A stretch of DNA of 64,000 nucleotides from Octopus bimaculoides (taxonomy: Eukaryota), in contig NC_068992.1 of NCBI RefSeq assembly GCF_001194135.2, positions 7,779,790 to 7,843,789 of the forward strand. The letters are read 5' to 3'. The notes under the pieces are model-generated. The model saw only the letters and a program-made list of their open reading frames with translations, had not been told where the DNA came from and did no database searches. Positions 12,571-25,568 of this stretch are shown here, piece by piece. Both the position numbers and the translations under genes were made by a program. Each line of letters opens with the position of its first letter. Within the stretch, counting starts at the first letter, position 1.

Positions 12571-13005
12571 TGTTCCAGAAAAATAGTAGAAAAATGTCAC
12601 TGAGGTTTAAAGTTTAATCAATTTTGCCTAATCAGAAAACAAGATTTGAAAGTCGGCATTTTCTGCATGATAACCGTCTGTCACAAAATGAAAGCAAAAT
12701 CTTTACGAGGGGGGATTTTTTTAAACATACGAAAGCCAAGCATTACGACGACCAAAGTTGTAAGAACTTCTGAAGTTTTGATAAGTTTTAATGAATAAAG
12801 TCATGTGAAACGGTCGAACAGAAATGTAAATAGTTTAAAAAGGGAAAAAATCGTCAGCGAAGTTTCTTTGCGAAAAATTGCACAAATCTGTCCTGATCAA
12901 GAGACCTATCTGTCAGGGAAGGCATGGCCTGGCATGGAATAACAAAAATTTATATAAGACATTCTATTGTAAAAATTACCCGGCAACGACGGGCTATTCA
13001 GCTTG
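12571..13005 (+). mobile_element. Probable degenerate Helitron 3' end
   Basis: Hairpin CCCG-GCAACGA-CGGG at 12979-12993 followed by CTTG|T (degenerate CTAG); same GCAACG loop as the element at 51200. The 5' part is in a gap. Confidence 0.45.
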
Positions 13006-13253
13006 TATACTTATATAAAAGACCTTGACACGTACATATACTGTTACGCAGACATCAACACTTACATGACAAGAGTGAATTATATATAAATATTGTAACT
13101 TCACATTTAATTACGGAACTCATCTGTATAGTTTCACATTTTCGCTTTATCTCTCTTACTTTTAGAGTTCAAACCGCTGGTGTTTTTGTTTGGGTTTTGT
13201 ACGTGTAAAACATTAGTTCTCAACCAGGGTTCATGTGACCCCTGGTGGTTCTT

Positions 13254-13638
13254 TTTACTCTCTTTTACTTGTTTCAGTCATTTGACTGCAGCCATGCTGG
13301 AGCACCGCCTTTAGTCGAGAAAATCGACCCCAGGACTTATTCTTTGGAAGCCTAGTACTTATTCTATCGGTTTCCGGGGACGTAAACACACCACCATCGG
13401 TTGTCAAGCGATGTTGGGGTGACAAACACAGACCCACAAACATATACACACATATATATATATACATATATACGACGGGCTTCTTTCAGTTTCCGCCTAC
13501 CAAATCCACTCACAAGGCTTTGGTCAGCCCGAGTAGAAGACAGAAGGCACTTGCCCAAGATGCCACGCAGTGGGAATGAACCCGGAACCATGTGGTTGGT
13601 AAGCAAGCTACTTACCACACAGCCACTCCTGCGCCTAT
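13254..13638 (-). mobile_element. tRNA-derived SINE family B, near full length, with an internal (TA/CA) microsatellite
   Basis: Head TAGGCGCAGGAGTGGCTGTGTGGTAAG, core GGACAAACACAGACAC and tail GTAAAAGAGTA. Further copies lie at about 21410-21510, 22512-22697, 23457-23712, 40030-40395, 42770-42960, 45455-45650, 48700-48915, 49180-49515 and 53955-54390. Confidence 0.88.
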
Positions 13639-13876
13639 AGGATATAAGATTTTGGTCAGTGGTGGGGACACTAGCAAAATAGTAAAATTGGGGATCCTCA
13701 GTAGTATTTTAAAGGTTCTTGAAAATAATTTTACTTTAGATGTATCTATTGCAAGGCACAGTTAGATTTCTTTCTCTAACGTTTTAATGTTTTTGGCCAC
13801 TGAAACAGGTTCTCAAAGTATGTGCTGTTGTAAACATGTGAACATGTGAAATTTTGAAAGAAGTATCTATAAAACT

Positions 13877-14139
13877 GTGGAGGCGCGTGGATTAGTGATT
13901 AGGGTGTCAGCGTCATGATCGTGAGATTGTAGTTTCGATTCCTGGACCAGGCGACGCGTTGTGTTCTTGAGCAAAACACTTCATTTCACGTTGCTCCAGT
14001 CCACTCAGCTGGAAAAAATGAGTAACGATGCGATGATCTGGCGTCCTGTCCAGCTAGGGAACACATATGCCATTGAAACCGGGAAACTGGGCCCATGATC
14101 CTGGCTAGGCTTTAAAAGGGCGCGTTTATTTATTTTATT
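13877..14139 (+). mobile_element. tRNA-derived SINE family D with TSD
   Basis: Same head type as family C with core GTGTTCTTGAGCAAAACACTT; TSD TATCTATAAAACT at 13864-13876 and 14140-14152. Related pieces lie near 4795-4985, 18240-18540 and 39740-39880. Confidence 0.85.
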
Positions 14140-15408
14140 TATCTATAAAACTAGTTTTTAAACATTGAATGGTTATGAGTATCCACCAGAATAAAATAGG
14201 GCGGAATTCTGCTTTAAGTACGCCATATAACCCCTCATNNNNNNNNNNNNNNNNNNNNNNNNNNNNNNNNNNNNNNNNNNNNNNNNNNNNNNNNNNNNNN
14301 NNNNNNNNNNNNNNNNNNNNNNNNNNNNNNNNNNNNNNNNNNNNNNNNNNNNNNNNNNNNNNNNNNNNNNNNNNNNNNNNNNNNNNNNNNNNNNNNNNNN
14401 NNNNNNNNNNNNNNNNNNNNNNNNNNNNNNNNNNNNNNNNNNNNNNNNNNNNNNNNNNNNNNNNNNNNNNNNNNNNNNNNNNNNNNNNNNNNNNNNNNNN
14501 NNNNNNNNNNNNNNNNNNNNNNNNNNNNNNNNNNNNNNNNNNNNNNNNNNNNNNNNNNNNNNNNNNNNNNNNNNNNNNNNNNNNNNNNNNNNNNNNNNNN
14601 NNNNNNNNNNNNNNNNNNNNNNNNNNNNNNNNNNNNNNNNNNNNNNNNNNNNNNNNNNNNNNNNNNNNNNNNNNNNNNNNNNNNNNNNNNNNNNNNNNNN
14701 NNNNNNNNNNNNNNNNNNNNNNNNNNNNNNNTCTTCCTCTTTCTATCTCTTCCTTATCCCCTTTTTGACATTGTACCTTCTTGTTTTCCTTTCTCTCTCT
14801 CTCCTTCCCCCCTCTCTCTCTTCCTCTCTACTTCACAGTGTGCAGTAATAACTTCATTTACTAAGGTTGAAGGACGACATTATTTTATGGTACTGTACTG
14901 TAACATTTATTCTGAAGATTGTTATGATTCCCCCCCCCTGCAATAACATTTTGATGCTGGTCACAAATAATGAATACAAAACAACGCATTCACAGGCTCC
15001 GCATATACCACACCTACCCAGGGGACTCCTTACACAACGAAACAAAACAACATCAATGAAAAAAACCCACTGGATGGAAGATCAGAAGAACAAGCTACGT
15101 ATATGGGACATGTATAACTATGAGAAGACGTCGGGACTAGAACCCACATGTAATGAGTCCTATACTAGGTTCCCCTTGGGAATCAATCTTCTACATTAGC
15201 ATATATGTTCAGTCAGTTCTTGTAAAACATCCCAGATACGTTTGTACATTCTCAGAACCAGGCTACTCAAGACGAAATGCTGTGCGGTTACGCGCTTGCT
15301 TTGCGAAAACGTGATCTTAGATTCGTTCCCACTAAACGTCACCTTGAGCAAGTGTCTTTTACTGTAACCCCGGATCGACCAATGCCTTGTGAGTGAATTT
15401 GGTAGAAT

Positions 15409-15986
15409 TTGCCAACAGAATGTGGCGGTCCTATAAAGGACCATATTACTGTTCTTGAAGCCCCAGAAAAACATCATTCCCAGCTGGCTATCGACACACA
15501 ATCTGTGTCTGTATAGTATTTGCAAGGGAGGTGATCACTCCCTTCTCCTTTCTAGGACCGCCACATTCTGTTGGCAAATAAACTTCACTATTTGGTACTG
15601 TTACTGTATATCCCTCGCTGAGAGATTTAAAACAAGTTATTTTTCTCCATACGAGATCAGCAACTGTGTGTCGCTTAACGAATACATAGTGTTTGCGAGT
15701 GGAGAAAGCTTTCATCAACAGCCAGTAATTGTCTCTACTGAGGACGGGTCTGTGAGTATCGCATGATCTGTGAGTATCACGTAAGGCTGGAGGTGGGAGC
15801 GATGACCTTCCTATACGGACACAGACTGTGTCGATAGCCAGCTGGAAAAGATGTTTACCGAGGACTTAAACAACAGTAATATGGTCCCTTATAGGACCGT
15901 CCCATTCTGTTGGCAAATAAACTTTACTATTTGGTTCTGTTACTGTATATCTCTTGCTGAGAGATTCAAAACAAGTTGTTTTTCTC
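15409..15986. repeat. Composite inverted and direct repeat element
   Basis: Inverted arms 15409-15516 and 15811-15916; direct copies at about 15553-15646 and 15892-15986. Confidence 0.75.
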
Positions 15987-16107
15987 TATGTATTTCCTAT
16001 TTGTGTATTTCCTTTTCAAAAACGGCAAAATGTGGTTTGAGAGGAAATTTGGCTGCTTTTGCAAGCGTGGAGGCTCATTCGTTAGTTCAATCGTCGTCGT
16101 CGTCATC

Positions 16108-16160
<53 letters not shown>

Positions 16161-16905
16161 TTCAGATGCTGATGCTTATGTTACTACTGCAGCTGTTATT
16201 GTTGTTTAGTTTCACGTCTTTCTTCTCCTAAATGTGCAGGCGTATAANNNNNNNNNNNNNNNNNNNNNNNNNNNNNNNNNNNNNNNNNNNNNNNNNNNNN
16301 NNNNNNNNNNNNNNNNNNNNNNNNNNNNNNNNNNNNNNNNNNNNNNNNNNNNNNNNNNNNNNNNNNNNNNNNNNNNNNNNNNNNNNNNNNNNNNNNNNNN
16401 NNNNNNNNNNNNNNNNNNNNNNNNNNNNNNNNNNNNNNNNNNNNNNNNNNNNNNNNNNNNNNNNNNNNNNNNNNNNNNNNNNNNNNNNNNNNNNNNNNNN
16501 NNNNNNNNNNNNNNNNNNNNNNNNNNNNNNNNNNNNNNNNNNNNNNNNNNNNNNNNNNNNNNNNNNNNNNNNNNNNNNNNNNNNNNNNNNNNNNNNNNNN
16601 NNNNNNNNNNNNNNNNNNNNNNNNNNNNNNNNNNNNNNNNNNNNNNNNNNNNNNNNNNNNNNNNNNNNNNNNNNNNNNNNNNNNNNNNNNNNNNNNNNNN
16701 NNNNNNNNNNNNNNNNNNNNNNNNNNNNNNNNNNNNNNNNNNNNNNNNNNNNNNNNNNNNNNNNNNNNNNNNNNNNNNNNNNNNNNNNNNNNNNNNNNNN
16801 NNNNNNNNNNNNNNNNNNNNNNNNNNNNNNNNNNNNNNNNNNNNNNNNNNNNNNNNNNNNNNNNNNNNNNNNNNNNNNNNNNNNNNNNNNNNNNNNNNNN
16901 NNNNN

Positions 16906-16937
<32 letters not shown>

Positions 16938-17635
16938 CAAGTGTCATGTGTGTCCCAGTTTCAGGCCTATCAGGCGTCAGCCTTGTTAAAGGGGTTATTT
17001 GTCTATAAAGTTAAGCTAGTAAGAGCTGCCTTTCAGACACACCCTTCTCTAATGGTACCAGACATTTAATTATTTCTGTTTGATACGGTTTTTTTAATGA
17101 ATATATATATATGTATATGAATGAAACTTTTTCTTTCCTTTTGAAGCGTGTTTTTGTGTTGCTGCTACTAATTACACGGACACTCACACAATCACACACA
17201 AACACACACACACGCACAATTATATGTCTATCGATGTAATGTATGTGTGTGTGTGTGTGTGTGTGTGAAATCGTATACATATATATGTGTGTATATATTT
17301 ATGTGTATCTGTGTTTGTGCCCCACCATCGATAGAATAAATAACGGGCTTTAAAAAGTACTGGTGTAGATTCATCCAACATGGTCGCAGTCACATGACTC
17401 ACACAAATATAACAATAAAATATAGAAGATGAAAGACGGTCATAGTTGTAACACCTTTCGTTATCAGTATGCGTGAGTGTTCCTGTGTGTGTTCGTGTTT
17501 GTGTGCAGATACAAGTCCTTGTGCTTGTCCTCTGCCGCTTGACAACTGGTGTTGGTTTGTTTATGTCCTCGTAAGCTAGTAGTTTGGCAAAAGAGATTAA
17601 TAGAATAGGTACCAGAATACATTTGCATGTGTGTA

Positions 17636-17636
<1 letters not shown>

Positions 17637-17692
<56 letters not shown>

Positions 17693-17969
17693 GTCCGTCG
17701 ATCTATCTGTCTGTCTGTCTGTCTCAGACAGACAGATCGACAGATAGATAGGTAGGTAGGTAGGTAGGTAGGTAGGTAGGTAGGTCGTTGACTGAACACT
17801 ATTCAATTTTTTTTCTCCGTGTTTTTCTCCTTGTCTCCGTATTCTTTCTGTTGAAGAGCGTAGCTCGAAACGTCAAAGACTTTCCGTATTCCCGAGCGTC
17901 ATACTAATATATACTTTTGTTATTTACACCACCTGTCCTCGTCTGTTGTTATTATTTGTATATTCTCCC

Positions 17970-18023
<54 letters not shown>
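17637..18023. repeat. Compound tetranucleotide microsatellites (TCTA, TCTG, GGTA, GATA) around the Penelope-like fragment
   Basis: Directly visible. Other long simple repeats: (TCTA)n about 2298-2368, (GTA/GTG)n about 3592-3655, (TAG)n about 16107-16159, (GT)n about 20193-20268 and 40107-40187, (GAT)n about 50904-50952. Confidence 0.95.
17787..17970 (+). mobile_element. Penelope-like element terminal fragment carrying a hammerhead-like motif
   Basis: TCTTT-CTGTTGA-A-GAGC-GTA-GCTC-GAAA-CGT-C-AAAGA at 17843-17879; flanked by GGTA and GATA microsatellites. Confidence 0.55.
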
Positions 18024-18546
18024 GGGACATAGGATCGGATACCTTCACTTGAGAGGATCTCCTTGGGAGCCTTCACGAAGTGTCTGAAGTGCTACGGGAA
18101 CTGCATTTAAGACAGATGACCCTACTGTGTAGCGAAAGGGGTTAGAGTTTGTACTTCGTTGAAATTAATGTATGTCTCTCCTGAAAAAGTTTCAAAACTT
18201 CCAGAATGCAACTTCTATAGCCCACCCCCTCTCTCTCTCAGCATCGGGCTCACTATCATGAGGTAGTGAGTTCGATCCCCAGACCGAGCTGCATGTTGTG
18301 TTCTTGAGCAAGACACTTTATTTCACGTTGCTCCAGTTCACTTATAGGAATGACTTGCGATGTCACTGGTGCCAAGGCTGTATCGGCGTTTCCCTTCTCC
18401 TTGGATAACATCAGTGGCATGGGAGAGAGGAGGCTGGTAGGCATGCGCGACTTCTGGCCTTCTATAAACAAGCCCGGACTTGTGCCTCGGAAGGGTTGCA
18501 ACCCCATGGTCATTCATGACCGAAGAGGATCTTTATCTTTTGTGCC

Positions 18547-18584
<38 letters not shown>

Positions 18585-18586
18585 TT

Positions 18587-18635
<49 letters not shown>

Positions 18636-20192
18636 CATGCATACATACATACATATAGATATATATATATGAGAGAGAGAGAAAGAGAACAGAATAAGCG
18701 AGTGTGAGCGAGAAACTATATAGCAATATCTTTTGACTTGGCCACATGTTATTCTACTGCATTTAAAGTAAGTTGTGTGTATGTGTGTGTGTATGTGTAT
18801 GTGTGTGTGTATGTGTGTCTGTGTGTGTGCGTGTGTGCATGTGTGGCCTATTTTCTGGGGAGGGATGGTTCGTTCATTTCATAATTTCTCTTTACAATTC
18901 CATTTTATTTCTTTCACTTTGATTAATAACGGTTGTCTTAATAACTTTTAAAATGTCATTGTGATATATTAGCGTTAATACATGTCCACTTGCGCCAGCT
19001 GCAGCAGTCTAAGAAGGTCAAATAAGTAAGCATGTTTTAAACTCATCCTTTGTCCACTGTGTTTATGTGCATCTAAGGGTATTTACGATGTTTCATATAG
19101 GTTTGTAATATATGCTTGTTGTCTTTATCAATTTGTTCGTTGTTACATTATATATCTAAGACTACATATGCATGCTCTATTATAATATATGCATTACAGG
19201 ACTTAATCCCTGTGTGTATTCTTTATTCTTTTTACTGATTCCAGTCAGTTCACAGCAGCCATACTAGAGCATCATCTTCAAGAGTTTTAATCAATCATAT
19301 TGACCAAGGATTTTTCGTCAAATGGATAAGTTTATTGAATGTATAAGTTATGGTTTTTAACCTAAAGGGATACGATTGGAGATGGCTTACACTGGAAAAC
19401 ATAAATGCTCACACACACACAAACAAACAAACGAGCAAACACAAACGCAACAGGTTTTGCTCCAATTTTGCCAATCTAATTCAACTTACAAGCTGTTGAT
19501 AAACTTCAGTAGAAAGTAATTCCCCAAGGCGCTGCACTTTGAGATCGAACACGGAATCATGTTGTTATAAAGCGAATTTTTTAAACTGCATTGTCGGACA
19601 TATACTGTTTTTTATTGATTTATTATGGTTTTATCAGAGTACCATTTTAGAGGATTTCTTAAACAAATGAGAAGGTATCCTCCGACCGGAGAGATGCCCT
19701 GATTGCCTACAATCAGGATTCCGTTACTGACATTCAAAAGCCAGGGAGAGATGTTAAACTGGGCGATGGAGTAAGCCTTTGTTTAAATAGTCTTCTTGGA
19801 TCAATTTTTGATAAATAGAATTCTGTATCTGCCATATAAAAAGAAGACTATGTAAACATGTGTACTTAAAAAAAATTCGTTTTACACGAATTTTTTATTT
19901 ACTGAAGAATTAATACTGCATTATCTGTCTTATTAATACAGAGTGAGGACTGACAGAGACATCTTACGGGCAATATATCCTACGATATTTGGATCCATTT
20001 ACTTTCAAGGTCGACTTTGCTTTACCTCTTTCTGAGATCAATAGAGTCTCGTCAACAACTACTGGGTCGCTTTAACAGATAACATCTCACCTCCGAAAGA
20101 CTGACTTTAGAACTGTTAGGTCTTATAAATAAGTCTCTGTGCATCTGTGTGGATGTGAGTGTGTGTATGTGTGCTTGCTTGTGTCTTTGTGA

Positions 20193-20259
<67 letters not shown>

Positions 20260-20531
20260 TGTGTGTGTGATCTCTTCACAAGTGAATAGTTGAAAACTGA
20301 GAGTTAAAACTTCGTCTCGAAATGTAACTCGAAACGACAAACAATAAAGAAAGAAAAAAAGAATGAAGACAATATGCAGTTTAATTTTTGAGTAAACCAC
20401 CAAAAAGAACATAAAAGAAACATACGAAATAGTTCATTCAGATTAATATATCAATAAGTTATATAAATATCAACTTCAATTCGATTTTAAACAGCAGAAA
20501 AGAAACTTTGTATGAATCACATTGTTATGAC

Positions 20532-20558
20532 ATTATTACGTCACTGTGACGTAATAAT
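20532..20558. promoter_or_regulatory. Perfect 27-bp palindrome carrying two inverted bZIP (CRE/ATF-like) TGACGTAA sites
   Basis: ATTATTACGTCAC-T-GTGACGTAATAAT; a third TGACGTAA is at 20650-20657. Confidence 0.45.
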
Positions 20559-20804
20559 TACTTGGAATTCTCACAGATTTTAAACAAGTAGGAGACGGTG
20601 TTTGATGCCTTGAGAAGATCATCTAATACAAGTTTATATTTGGGACAATTGACGTAAGTATAAAAAACGATTTTTCTTCTTCAGCTTTCTAACTTTTCAA
20701 AAACACCCAAACAATATAAAACGATTTTGGAATAAACATAATTTAGCTGTAGCTGGATAAAACTTGGAGAAATGTTTTTACTATGTCTATTAAAAGTAGC
20801 CTTC

Positions 20805-20818
20805 GTTACTATGGCAAC
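20805..20818. promoter_or_regulatory. RFX X-box GTTACTATGGCAAC
   Basis: Near-perfect X-box palindrome in unique, repeat-poor sequence; target gene not identified. Confidence 0.55.
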
Positions 20819-21584
20819 AGTCCGGATACTTAGTGATTAGACCTCGTATATGAAAAGTAAAACTTCAATCCATTAAAAATGCTTCATAAAATATATATAT
20901 ATGTAAAATAAATATTCCGATATGAGAGGCAAACATACGCATTGAAGCAATACATATTCAGTGATATTTAAATCATATATATTTGAACATACAGGATCAG
21001 TTCGTCGCATTAGAGGTGCTAATATTAAAACTCACAAGTGTATATGGAAAGTTCGGAGAGAGAAGTCCAAATTAAAATCCAAATGTGAAAATTAACGTAT
21101 ACAGCCTACGACCATTTCAGGAACGTAGTGGTAAGAGTAGATATCGATTTAAAATCCACTCGAGTGTCCCTATTTCCTTCATCAGGGATACTAATTGTTG
21201 GCATGAATCGAAACATCGCGACTCAACACATCGTTATAAACACGCCATATCTCTTTATTAATACACAGTACAATTTTCCAAATAAAAGTAGTTTCTCTGT
21301 GACAATAAGAAAATTAACAAAGGTGAATATTTTTTTAAAGGTGATTTGTTTATTCAGAGACTCTATCGAAACAATTTTATTGTTTTGCTGCATAATTTTT
21401 GGTTTCTCACATAGTAGAAGACACTTGCCCAAGGTGTCATGCAGTGGGACTGAACCCGGAACCATATGGTTGGGAAGCATGCTTCTTACCATAATATCAC
21501 GCCTGCGCCTATCCATACAGCCACACCTTCGCCTATATGTATATATTTGTATGTATGGAAGCACTTGCGCGTGCGTATGTGTGT

Positions 21585-21965
21585 ATATTATAGCCTTAAC
21601 TTGATAGCTCAAGCTGCTGGGTACCCACTTCATTTTGAAGTTATTGTAGAGCACTTACATGTTTTGTTTTCTGCCTCACTTGGGCGATGGCATGTACTGA
21701 GAAAACATGTTAAATGCCTCACTGCAAAACCTTTATGTGAGACCAGATGGGAGTGCAAATTAAAATGTGTCAAAGCCATTAAATATGAATCATAGGAATT
21801 CGGGAAGATCTTTATGAACTTTCAGAAATTCCTGTCTCTGATCCTTGCAATGCGACATTAAGCAGAGATTTGTATGGCAAAACGAAGATCACAGTTTACT
21901 CGTATTTCTGATATGATATTTTTAGGCAGAGTTAATGTTGTCAAGCAAAACTATGCACAGTGGCA
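21585..21965 (+). mobile_element. Decayed hAT-family transposase fragment (ZMYM1-like)
   Basis: YSLNLIA…LHVLFSASLGRWHVLRKHVKCLTAKPLCETRWECKLKCVKAIKY, then *YDI…RVNVVSKTMQ; matches the hAT HSLNL / TRWESR / WYDIL..VN.VSK.LQ blocks; contains stops and frameshifts. Confidence 0.8.
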
Positions 21966-23405
21966 ATATACGAAACTATCCACTGAAATTTCGTTAAGGA
22001 ATACTCTAATTAATTACTCTATTACCGTGCAAATGGATATGAAAGTGTACTAGTAGCAGTAAAAGAATTAGTTATAGAATAGATGCAATACCCATTTATA
22101 AAAAGAAAAGAAAAAAGAATGAATACACCGAAAAAAGGCAGTTGGAATATGAGTGCTTTGCTAAGATTCCAAATATAATGTATTAAAAATAAAATTTTAA
22201 AATCATTTTTTCAATGCACATTCGATACAGCTATTCATTTAATTATCAGAGATTTGAATATTGACAATTTCAATAACACGAAGCGATTTCTAAATAATGT
22301 AGATTTGAGAAATGACGTTAAACTGAGATTAACATGTTAAGATTCGGCGGATAAGTTAAGTTGTCCATAATAGCATAAGTATTAATAGATATGATCTTTT
22401 AACTAAATTTTATGTTACAAAAGAATTATTTCTTAAAAGGTTCATAGCTTCGTTTCGAAACAATTAAATTAATCAATAAGAAAGTTACAGGCGTTACAAA
22501 GTCAAAAAAGTTGGCGCAGGTGTGGCTGTGTGGTAAGTGGCTTGCTTACCAACCACATGGTTCTGGGTTCAGTCCCACTGTGTGGAACCTTGGGCAAGTG
22601 TCTTCTACTATTGCCTCGGGCCGACCAAAGCCTTGAGTGGATTTGGTAGATGGAAACTGAAAGAAGCCCGTCGGTGCTCCAGCATGGCCGCAGTCAAATG
22701 GGGTGGCGGCGATGGCAATGGCAATGATGATTGTGGTGATCTAAAACCATGAACAGATTTTGCGATTACACTTACTCTAAAGCATTTTGAGAGGGGGGAA
22801 AAAAGCGTTTTCTCTTCCCTTCTGTACTACAAATATTCGAGGTCAAATGCATTCACTTTAGTTTTGCAATAACACAAGAGCTATCATAACCCTCGTACAT
22901 CATAGTCAATAATTAGTTTTAATAGCTGTTTTCTACTATGAAGCAGTTTGCCATTTCCAGTGCTGCAGTTATTCAGTAAGGTCTTCAGTTTTATACAAAT
23001 TTCAGCATATTAAAGTTAACCTCATACACAACCCGTTCTGCGATATACACACTGAAATGACATTTTCAGATATAAAGAATAAACAACAAAACACCCAGCG
23101 CTAAATCGGAATTATACATTCCAATCTGAAATAGAAATACCCAGAGAATTATTATAGAGCGGGTACATACAGAAATACTTTATATATTCTACGGTGTGTT
23201 ATCTATTTACCTCGTTCCATAAATACCAAATCAACAACACCGGATGTTGCATTTTGGTTAATGAGCAGACTGACTGTGGGAATATTTGGTGTTCAAACTG
23301 CATTCAGCTTGCATCCTGCTGCTGTTCAGCCTCAAGTCTGTTCTGATCAAGTCTACGCATGATCAAAAGCGTTCCAGCCATGACATTTCGTTATGCATGT
23401 ATGCA

Positions 23406-23460
<55 letters not shown>

Positions 23461-24490
23461 TTTTACTTTTGTCATTTGCGGCCATGCTGGAGCACCGCCT
23501 TTAGTCGAGAAAATCGACCCCAGGACTTATTCTTTGTAAGCCTAGTACTCTTTTGCCGAACCGCTAAGTTACGGGGACGTAAATACACCAGTATCGGTTG
23601 TCAAGTGATGGTGAGGGGACAAACACAGACACACATATACATATATATATACATATATACGACGGGCTTCTTTCAGCTTCCGTCTACCAAATCCACTCAC
23701 AAGGCTTTGGTCGTCTTTGTCTTTCATCCTTTCGGGGTCGATAAATTAAGAACCAGTTTCGCACTGGGGTCGATGTAATCGACTTTATCCCTTTGTCTGT
23801 CCTTGCTAAACTGTTATAGCAGAGACTCCAGGAAAGAAAATCTGAAGAAGGAATTGTAATTCCGAAATATCATCGGACTATAGATAACCAAATTACAACA
23901 GGTATATAGTCCATGTTTTGTTCTATAGTGCATTGTTGTACCATTCTAAACTTTTTATTCTTTCCTAATATATATATATATATATATGTACGAACGTATG
24001 TATGTATATGTGTATGTATATGTATACGTATATATAAATATATGTATGTATGTTTATGCATGTATGTATATGTGTATGTATGTATGTATGCATGTATGTA
24101 TAACCACATGTGAAGTGGTCTACACCTATCTGGGTTTGTTTGAGTCTAACTTCTTGTTGCTGTTCTTGCTGTTGAATGCAAAACAAAAAATTAAGTGAAG
24201 ACTTTACAAAGCGAAGCTATATAAACAAATACAGAGAGGATATATAAGACATATGATACTAGATTATATACACACGGTGTCGTGTAGAGATGTATAAACA
24301 AGAACAGAGAAAAAAAACCCATCTTACTCGCTTTTGTTTCTCAAAAGTCTATTGAATTTTTTGAATGATTCTCTGAAGAGACAATAGAGGTTTTATTTTC
24401 AGACAGCCTTGGGGAAATATTGTGCCTTAACCCTAAAATAAACAGAATCCAGGGATTTTTGTCCCTTTTTGTGGTTTGGGGCTAAGGTTG

Positions 24491-24527
<37 letters not shown>

Positions 24528-25568
24528 ACACTTTACAATACGGTTTATTTCGTTGTTTGTTTATAGTTCTCAATGCTTCGCTTTCGCTTCGTAAATTATC
24601 GTAGTATTTATATTTTTCGTTTATTTTCATTTTATTCATTACTTTTTACATCTCTTTGTAGTTGTTTGTGAAACCCCTACTTTTCAAAGATGTACAGTTT
24701 GTATAAACGAACCTGTGCAATGTACACTAACGCGCAAACGATGCTCAAATGTTTACGAGAGCGCGAGCATGTGTGTGTTTTGAAGATGGGTGGTGGTAGC
24801 ATTTGTATGTGTGCGTGTAAAAATGTGAGTGCATTTACAACATATATGTAGTCTCCCCAATCATGCCATAAACAACCAGGGGTCGATATGAACAGTTTCT
24901 ACTTTTATATTAAACTTTCAATAGGAAAAATTACCCATCCTTTGTCGATGGAGCCTGGTTATACAAAGTAATTAGCGCTTAATCATATATATATATATAT
25001 ATATATACATACAGAATTCATTATTTTGTGGTGTCAAATGCCACAAAATTCCATCTGTTGCAAATTCTAGAAGCCCTTGTTCTTCACGTCCAGCAGCAAG
25101 GACTCCCTTGCGTGTGCGTGTGTGTGTATTTCTCTCGCACTACCCATCCTTCGCAGCGTCTGTAAAGCCCCTGCTCCGAATGTTTCATATCGCTCGCTTC
25201 TGGTTCGAAGTTATTATCGCGAAGTGTAACACAGACACTTCGCGTAACATACATATATATACATTAGTGAAATGTCATATTAATTGTCTTGTAACTACCA
25301 TAAAAACGTTCTAAAAATGATCAATGTTTTGCTTCTGTGTTTTTTTAACACAGACAACGACCATCTGTTGGCAGTATAACTGAAATGGTTGAGGTTCTAT
25401 CCTATATATGTCTCTGTGTTTGTGTGTGCGTTTGCGTTTTTGTGTGTATCTGTGTGTGTGAGCGCGCGCGGCTTTGTATTTAGATAGGCAAACACTTATA
25501 CTTACATGTATGTTAATATGTACATACACACACATATATAAGTATACATATATACACACACAAAAATA

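Noticed and set aside
19665-19790. Open stretch KVSSDRRDALIAYNQDSVTDIQKPGRDVKLGDG followed by gtaagc
   Set aside because: There is an in-frame stop just upstream and no credible acceptor, and the peptide is not recognised.
24120-24165. Minus-strand acceptor followed by QEQQQEVRLKQTQI, and other open patches at about 23260-23400 and 27780-27945
   Set aside because: They could not be linked into a phase-consistent gene; donors are weak or absent and no homology is recognised.
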